The translations under genes and the position numbers were made by a program. Below, piece after piece: positions 57,895 to 64,000 of a stretch of 64,000 bases of DNA; the first letter of the stretch is position 1; the number at the start of each line of letters is the position of its first letter. The stretch is from an uncultured Eubacteriales bacterium. GTDB taxonomy: Bacteria > Bacillota > Clostridia > Oscillospirales > Oscillospiraceae. The stretch is from positions 44,064 to 108,063 of the forward strand of contig CABMQL010000001.1 in NCBI GenBank assembly GCA_902388735.1. Direction: 5' to 3'. The notes under the pieces were generated by a model. That model was not told the DNA's origin. It searched no databases and saw only the letters and a program-made list of their open reading frames with translations.

Positions 57895-59121
57895 ATGGGA
57901 ATTTATGAAGAACTGATCACCCGCGGGCTGATCGCACAGGTGACCAACGAGGACGAGATCCGTGAGATGGTCAACAACGGCAAGGCAACCTTCTACATCG
58001 GCTTTGACTGTACGGCGGACTCCCTGCATGTAGGTCACTTTATGGCTCTGTGCCTGATGAAGCGCCTGCAGATGGCCGGCAATAAGCCTATCGCCCTTAT
58101 CGGCGACGGCACTACCATGATCGGCGACCCCTCCGGCCGGACGGATATGCGCAAAATGCTCACCCGCGAGGACATCGTGCACAATGCCGAGTGCTTCAAG
58201 CGCCAGATGGAGAAATTCATCGACTTCTCTGACGGGAAAGCGCTGATGCTCTATAATTCCGAGTGGCTGATGCCGCTGAATTATATTGAGCTGCTGCGGG
58301 AGGTAGGCGCCTGCTTCTCCGTGAACAATATGCTGCGGGCCGAGTGCTATAAGCAGCGCATGGAAAAGGGCTTGAGCTTCCTGGAGTTCAACTACATGAT
58401 CATGCAGAGCTATGACTTCTACTACATGTTCCAGCACTACGGCTGCAATATGCAGTTTGGCGGCAACGACCAGTGGAGCAACATGCTGGGCGGCACGGAG
58501 CTGATCCGCCGCAAGCTGGGTAAGGATGCCCACGCCATGACCATCAACCTGCTGCTGAATTCCGAGGGCAAGAAGATGGGCAAGACCGCCTCCGGCGCCG
58601 TGTGGCTGGATCCCAATAAGACCAGCCCCTTCGAGTTCTATCAGTACTGGCGCAATGTGGATGACGCGGATGTGATCAAGTGCCTGCGGATGCTGACCTT
58701 CCTCCCGCTGGAGGAGATCGACGCCATGGCCGACTGGAAGGATGCCAAGCTCAACGAGGCCAAGGATATTTTGGCCTATGAGCTGACGAAGCTGGTCCAT
58801 AGCGAGGATGAGGCCAATAAGGCCCGGGAGGCATCCCGTGCGCTGTTCTCCGGCAAGGGGGATACCACCCATATGCCCGCCACCGAGATCGCGGCCGACA
58901 AGCTGACAGACGGCAAGATCGGCGTCATGGCGCTGCTGGTGGAGTGCGGCCTGTGCGCATCCAACAGTGAGGCCCGGCGGCTGGTGCAGCAGGGCGGCGT
59001 CAGCGTGAACGACGCGAAGGTGGAGTCCATTGACGCCGCCTTTGACGCGGACAGCCTGGCCGGCGAGGGTGTCATCATCAAGAAGGGCAAGAAGATCTTC
59101 CACAGGGCATTTATGAAGTAA
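57895..59121 (+). CDS. tyrS: Tyrosine--tRNA ligase
   Basis: 408 aa. HIGH (HVGH) and KMGKT motifs, C-terminal S4 domain. Confidence 0.95.
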   Translation: MGIYEELITRGLIAQVTNEDEIREMVNNGKATFYIGFDCTADSLHVGHFMALCLMKRLQMAGNKPIALIGDGTTMIGDPSGRTDMRKMLTREDIVHNAECFKRQMEKFIDFSDGKALMLYNSEWLMPLNYIELLREVGACFSVNNMLRAECYKQRMEKGLSFLEFNYMIMQSYDFYYMFQHYGCNMQFGGNDQWSNMLGGTELIRRKLGKDAHAMTINLLLNSEGKKMGKTASGAVWLDPNKTSPFEFYQYWRNVDDADVIKCLRMLTFLPLEEIDAMADWKDAKLNEAKDILAYELTKLVHSEDEANKAREASRALFSGKGDTTHMPATEIAADKLTDGKIGVMALLVECGLCASNSEARRLVQQGGVSVNDAKVESIDAAFDADSLAGEGVIIKKGKKIFHRAFMK

Positions 59122-59211
59122 AAGGGTGTGTGAGGGAAACCCAAGAAGGGTGTCCCTCGCCATTGAAATCAATAGTTTTTAAAACTTTTTCAAAGTTTCA
59201 AAAACTTAGGC

Positions 59212-59241
59212 GGCGGGGCGAAAAAGACTTTTTCGCCCCGC
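59212..59241 (+). terminator. tyrS terminator 1
   Basis: ggcggggcgaaaaag-ac-tttttcgccccgc. Confidence 0.7.
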
Positions 59242-59243
59242 TA

Positions 59244-59275
59244 AGGCTCTCTGCCGCGGCAGAGAGCCTTTTTAC
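59244..59275 (+). terminator. tyrS terminator 2 (tandem)
   Basis: ggctctctgccgcggcagagagcc followed by TTTTTac. Confidence 0.75.
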
Positions 59276-59304
59276 TTGAAAAAAGCAGGATCCTATAGTA
59301 TAAT
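59276..59304 (+). promoter_or_regulatory. queA sigma-A promoter (TTGAAA-17-TATAAT)
   Basis: Read directly. Confidence 0.6.
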
Positions 59305-59348
59305 ATATCGGCGTGAATCGACACTTATACGAACAGGACTGAATCTGT

Positions 59349-60374
59349 ATGAAAACAAGTGATTTTAATTTTGACCTGCCCCAGGAGCTGATCGCCCAAA
59401 CCCCTATCGAAAAGCGGGATGCCTCCCGGCTGCTGGTGTTGGATAAGAATAGCGGCGCCTGGGAGCACCGGCATTTTTTTGACCTGCCGGAGTATCTGCA
59501 CCCGGGTGACTGCCTGATTTTGAACGATTCCCGGGTGCTGCCGGCCCGCCTTTTGGGGCAGCGCCTGCCCGGCGGCGGCGCCTGCGAGGTGCTGCTGCTC
59601 ATTGACCGGGGGGAGAAGACCTGGGAGTGCCTGGTGCGCCCCGGGAAGCACCTGCGCCAGGGCGCTAAGCTCAGCTTCGGAAATGGCGAACTGACGGCGG
59701 AGGTGACCCAGGTGCTGGAGGGGGGCAACCGCCTGGTGCGGTTTGACTACCAGGGCATTTTCCTGGAGGTGTTGGATCGGCTGGGCAAGATGCCCCTGCC
59801 GCCGTATATCAAGGAGGAGCTGCAGGATCGGGAGCGGTATCAGACCGTATATTCCAAGGTGGTCGGCTCTGCCGCCGCCCCCACAGCCGGCCTTCATTTC
59901 ACAAAGGAACTGCTGCAGAAGGTGCAGGATATGGGAGTAAAGGTCGGCTATGTGACGCTCCATGTAGGACTTGGCACCTTCCGCCCTGTAAAGGAAGATG
60001 ACATTACAGATCATCTGATGCATAGTGAATACTGCGTGATCCCCCAGGAGACGGCGGACCTCATTAATGAGACGAAGAAAAGCGGCGGCCGGGTCATATG
60101 CGTGGGAACCACATCCTGCCGCACGGTGGAATCCTGGGCGGCAGAGGACGGAACCATGAAAGCCTCCGCCGGCTGGACCGATATATTCATCTACCCCGGT
60201 TATAAGTTCAAGGTCCTGGATGCGCTCATCACCAACTTCCATCTGCCGGAATCCACGCTCATCATGCTGGTTTCGGCCCTGGCAGGGCGGGAACATGTGC
60301 TGCGGGCCTATGAGGAGGCTGTGCGGGAAAAGTACAGGTTCTTCTCCTTTGGCGATGCCATGTTCATCCATTAA
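59349..60374 (+). CDS. queA: S-adenosylmethionine:tRNA ribosyltransferase-isomerase
   Basis: 341 aa, QueA family. Confidence 0.93.
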   Translation: MKTSDFNFDLPQELIAQTPIEKRDASRLLVLDKNSGAWEHRHFFDLPEYLHPGDCLILNDSRVLPARLLGQRLPGGGACEVLLLIDRGEKTWECLVRPGKHLRQGAKLSFGNGELTAEVTQVLEGGNRLVRFDYQGIFLEVLDRLGKMPLPPYIKEELQDRERYQTVYSKVVGSAAAPTAGLHFTKELLQKVQDMGVKVGYVTLHVGLGTFRPVKEDDITDHLMHSEYCVIPQETADLINETKKSGGRVICVGTTSCRTVESWAAEDGTMKASAGWTDIFIYPGYKFKVLDALITNFHLPESTLIMLVSALAGREHVLRAYEEAVREKYRFFSFGDAMFIH

Positions 60375-60398
60375 AATCTGTTTTCAGCGAGGTATCAT

Positions 60399-61735
<1,337 letters not shown>

Positions 61736-61764
61736 AAAGAATCCGTGAACAACCTGAAAAACTC

Positions 61765-61793
61765 TTGCAATATTCCGCATGATTCTGTATAAT
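61765..61793 (+). promoter_or_regulatory. yajC sigma-A promoter (TTGCAA-17-TATAAT)
   Basis: Read directly. Confidence 0.6.
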
Positions 61794-61826
61794 ACAGTCA
61801 TATTGTAAAAAAGGAGATTATGCCCC

Positions 61827-62273
61827 ATGTTTGAAATCGCATACGCGTCTACTTCCGGCTCCGCCTCCAGCGGCAGCGGAATGACTTCCATTTTGATGAT
61901 CGTCATCATGCTGGCCATTTTCTATTTCCTGCTGATCCGCCCTGAGAACAAGCGCAAAAAGCAGGCTGAGGAAATGCGCAGCTCCCTGAAGAAGGGTGAT
62001 TGGATCACCACCATCGGCGGTGTGTACGGCCGCGTGGTCGGCATCACTGACCGCACCGTGGTCATCGAGACCAGCGAGGATCGCGTCCGCGTTGAGTTTG
62101 TGAAGTCCGCCATCGGTTCCGTGGGTACCCTGGAAGAGCAGGCTGCTGCTGCCGCCGCTCCCCGCCGCGGCAAGAAGGCTGCTGCCGAGGCCAAGAACGA
62201 GGCTCCCGCCGTTGAGGAAGCCCCCGCTGCCGAGGAAACCGCTCCCGCCGAGGAGAACAAGACTGAGGAATAA
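61827..62273 (+). CDS. yajC: Preprotein translocase subunit YajC with an extended Ala/Glu/Pro-rich C-terminal tail
   Basis: 148 aa. YajC core (single TM, then KGD-x-V-TxGGxxG) plus a ~55-aa low-complexity tail. Confidence 0.85.
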   Translation: MFEIAYASTSGSASSGSGMTSILMIVIMLAIFYFLLIRPENKRKKQAEEMRSSLKKGDWITTIGGVYGRVVGITDRTVVIETSEDRVRVEFVKSAIGSVGTLEEQAAAAAAPRRGKKAAAEAKNEAPAVEEAPAAEETAPAEENKTEE

Positions 62274-62289
62274 TCCTTTCATAAATCAG

Positions 62290-62336
62290 AACCTCCCCCA
62301 ATATGCTGAAACAGCATGAGTTGGGGGAGGTTTTTT
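62290..62336 (+). terminator. yajC terminator (long imperfect hairpin + T6)
   Basis: cctccccca...tgggggagg followed by TTTTTTatg. Confidence 0.6.
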
Positions 62337-62762
62337 ATGCGTATTCGGGATTGGATCAACAGGGGCGTAGGCCTGGGCCTGCTGATAAGTTTGCTCCTCT
62401 GCGCAGCCGGGGCGGCACTGGGCGCGATCTTAATAGGCCGGGAGCTTTTAACGGTGGAGTCGGCAGGGAAGTGGATGGCATTCATGTGGCTGCTGGCATC
62501 ATTTGTTGGCTGTAAATTTGCTCTGCGGGGATCGCAGGGCCGGCTTCCTCACGCCGCGGTGCAGGCAGTGCTTCTGTATTTTGTTGTATGGGCTGCAGCG
62601 CTGGCTGTCAGTGCCGTGCCGGACTTTCGGTCAAACGGATGGTATATTACGGGCGCTATCTGGGGCGGTGCGGCCTTGGCGGCATTGATGCCGGACGGCA
62701 AAAGAAAGCGCGCCAAAAGGAAACCTAAATCCCGTAGGGGGAGGGCACACAAAGGACACTAA
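62337..62762 (+). CDS. Hypothetical membrane protein with a basic C-terminal tail
   Basis: 141 aa. SD GGGGAGG. 3-4 hydrophobic helices and a Lys/Arg-rich C-terminus. Confidence 0.55.
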   Translation: MRIRDWINRGVGLGLLISLLLCAAGAALGAILIGRELLTVESAGKWMAFMWLLASFVGCKFALRGSQGRLPHAAVQAVLLYFVVWAAALAVSAVPDFRSNGWYITGAIWGGAALAALMPDGKRKRAKRKPKSRRGRAHKGH

Positions 62763-63085
62763 TAGTCAATTTTACCAAAAATGCGAAACGGTCAAATATT
62801 TTTCTCCCGCCGCCAGGATTCGATCACTTTCTTATGGGACGCAAGATGTTGTGTGGTACATCTCGGGAGGAACAATATTTGGATAAAAAACAGGCTGGAC
62901 GAACCGCTCCGCTCTCTTGTTGATGCAGTTAACATAACGCAGTTTACATAATATTTTGGCATAAATAGAGAAAATGCGGAATCTGCCGCATTTCTCTTGC
63001 CCTTTTGAGGAAAAAGGCTTATAGTATAGATGTTTTCTTCTAAAGAAGATGCTCGTCTCATAGAATATCACGAGGTGAGTATCAC

Positions 63086-63703
63086 ATGAGAAAAAGTCGT
63101 TTGCCCAGGGCTGCGAGAGTCGGGCCTCGGATCGATCCGGCGGTCTTCTTTTTTAGTGTTTCCTTTTTGCTGGGTGGTATCGCCGGATATTTTTCCTGCC
63201 GTGCCATGGGCATCGACGCGGAGATCCGGACCTATCTGACCCGGTATGCGGAGGTCCTGTCCTCCGGCGGCGCCATCACGGCCGCTTCCGTTTTAAGCGT
63301 TGCCGCCGCCTATTACCGGGTGCCCTGCGTGGTTTTTCTTTGCCGGTCATTTCGCCGCGCGTTCTATTGGCATTGCGGTGTTTTCCTGTTAGAGGGCTTC
63401 CTTCTGTCCTTTGCTGTGTCCAGCCTGACACTGGCGCTGGGCCGGACGGGCGTGCTTGTTTCTCTTTGCGTTTTCGGTGTCCGGCTTCTTTTCGTTCTGC
63501 CGGTCTCACTTTCTTTGGCCCTGCTGGGCCGTTCCGCGGGTGAGGAGAGCTCCGGGCGGCGAATGACCCGGTCCGGGCGGAAACGTGAGAGCAATCGGCT
63601 CCGCTTTTTATTTGTTTATCCCGCGCTCCTGGCGCTGGGCGTCATGGTAGAACTAACATTTGTACCCAAGCTGGCAGCCTTTGCGCTGCTGCATATTTCA
63701 TGA
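63086..63703 (+). CDS. Polytopic membrane protein, possible stage II sporulation protein M homolog
   Basis: 205 aa. Shares short motifs with B. subtilis SpoIIM (GFLLSF; C-terminal E-x-x-V-P-x-L). Precedes xerD, as spoIIM often does. Confidence 0.45.
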   Translation: MRKSRLPRAARVGPRIDPAVFFFSVSFLLGGIAGYFSCRAMGIDAEIRTYLTRYAEVLSSGGAITAASVLSVAAAYYRVPCVVFLCRSFRRAFYWHCGVFLLEGFLLSFAVSSLTLALGRTGVLVSLCVFGVRLLFVLPVSLSLALLGRSAGEESSGRRMTRSGRKRESNRLRFLFVYPALLALGVMVELTFVPKLAAFALLHIS

Positions 63704-63719
63704 AAGGGAGGTGAGAGTG

Positions 63720-64000
63720 TGACGGATTATTTGGCGCTCTACCGCAGCTATCTCACAACTGAAAAGCGCATGTCCGCAAACACTGTCAGCTCCTATATGC
63801 GGGATCTGAGTCAGTATGACCAGTGGCTCAAGCAGAAGAAGACCGACCTGAAGCGCGCCAAGAACATCCTTTTGCAGGAGTATGTGAAGCGGTTGGAGCA
63901 GTTGGGCAAGTCTCCGGCCACCATGAGCCGGTTTCTGGCCTCCTCCAAATCTTTTTATGCCTACATGTTTGCCAAGGGTTACATAAAAACCAACCCCACT
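63720..64000 (+). CDS. xerD: Tyrosine recombinase XerD/XerC, N-terminal part (continues beyond the window)
   Basis: GTG start after GGGAGGTGAG. N-terminal core-binding domain motifs (LSANTVSSY, ATMSRFLASSKSFY). Confidence 0.8.

Noticed and set aside
62792-63071. Two minus-strand ORFs (89 and 79 aa) in the intergenic region before the SpoIIM-like gene
   Set aside because: No SD, mutually overlapping, in an AT-richer promoter region containing hairpins. Likely non-coding.

Overview
This 64 kb window reads as core chromosome of a high-GC, endospore-forming Clostridia-class Firmicute (possibly Oscillospiraceae-like; this is an inference). It is gene-dense. Nearly everything after ~14 kb is on the + strand, and there are many consensus sigma-A promoters, intrinsic terminators and translationally coupled gene pairs. 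ORF-tool coordinates were used wherever a start could be anchored to them; hand-indexed positions may be off by ~1 nt.

Main content, in order:
- A V-type ATPase operon in the Bacteroidetes-style order E–DUF2764–A–B (partial at the edge).
- A TAXI-type TRAP transporter (lipoprotein solute receptor plus fused DctQM permease).
- A T-box-controlled valS.
- The spoIIAA–spoIIAB–sigF operon.
- A divergent, LexA-boxed operon on the minus strand: a 37-aa ORF, an uncharacterised radical-SAM 'DNA repair' protein and its DUF4130/TIGR03915-type partner, sharing its control region with pcrA.
- rbgA–rnhB–yraN, an M19 dipeptidase and a metallophosphoesterase.
- tig–clpP–clpX–lon–engB.
- A Mop-type molybdo-aldehyde oxidoreductase followed by a P-loop NTPase; rpmB.
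- hprK–glcK–murB–rapZ–yvcK–whiA–(C_GCAxxG_C_C protein)–dnaE.
- A small ferredoxin/cupin pair and a Cys-rich hypothetical protein.
- The complete spoIIIAA–AH operon.
- A Bacillus-like block asp23–nusB–xseA–xseB–ispA–[~650 nt structured non-coding RNA]–oapA–dxs–tlyA–nadK–argR–recN.
- A T-box-controlled tyrS, queA–tgt–yajC, a SpoIIM-like membrane protein and the 5' end of xerD.

No CRISPR array, rRNA, tRNA, transposase or prophage signature was seen.

The most notable items are:
- the large ncRNA whose context matches the OLE RNA/OapA locus;
- an SOS (Cheo) box sitting exactly in the spacer of a perfect consensus promoter in front of the small ORF and the radical-SAM pair;
- several smaller oddities: a terminator hairpin swallowing the annotated xseA ATG, a long convergent overlap with sigF, an AT-rich island upstream of the TAXI gene, and a Cys-rich orphan beside spoIIIA.
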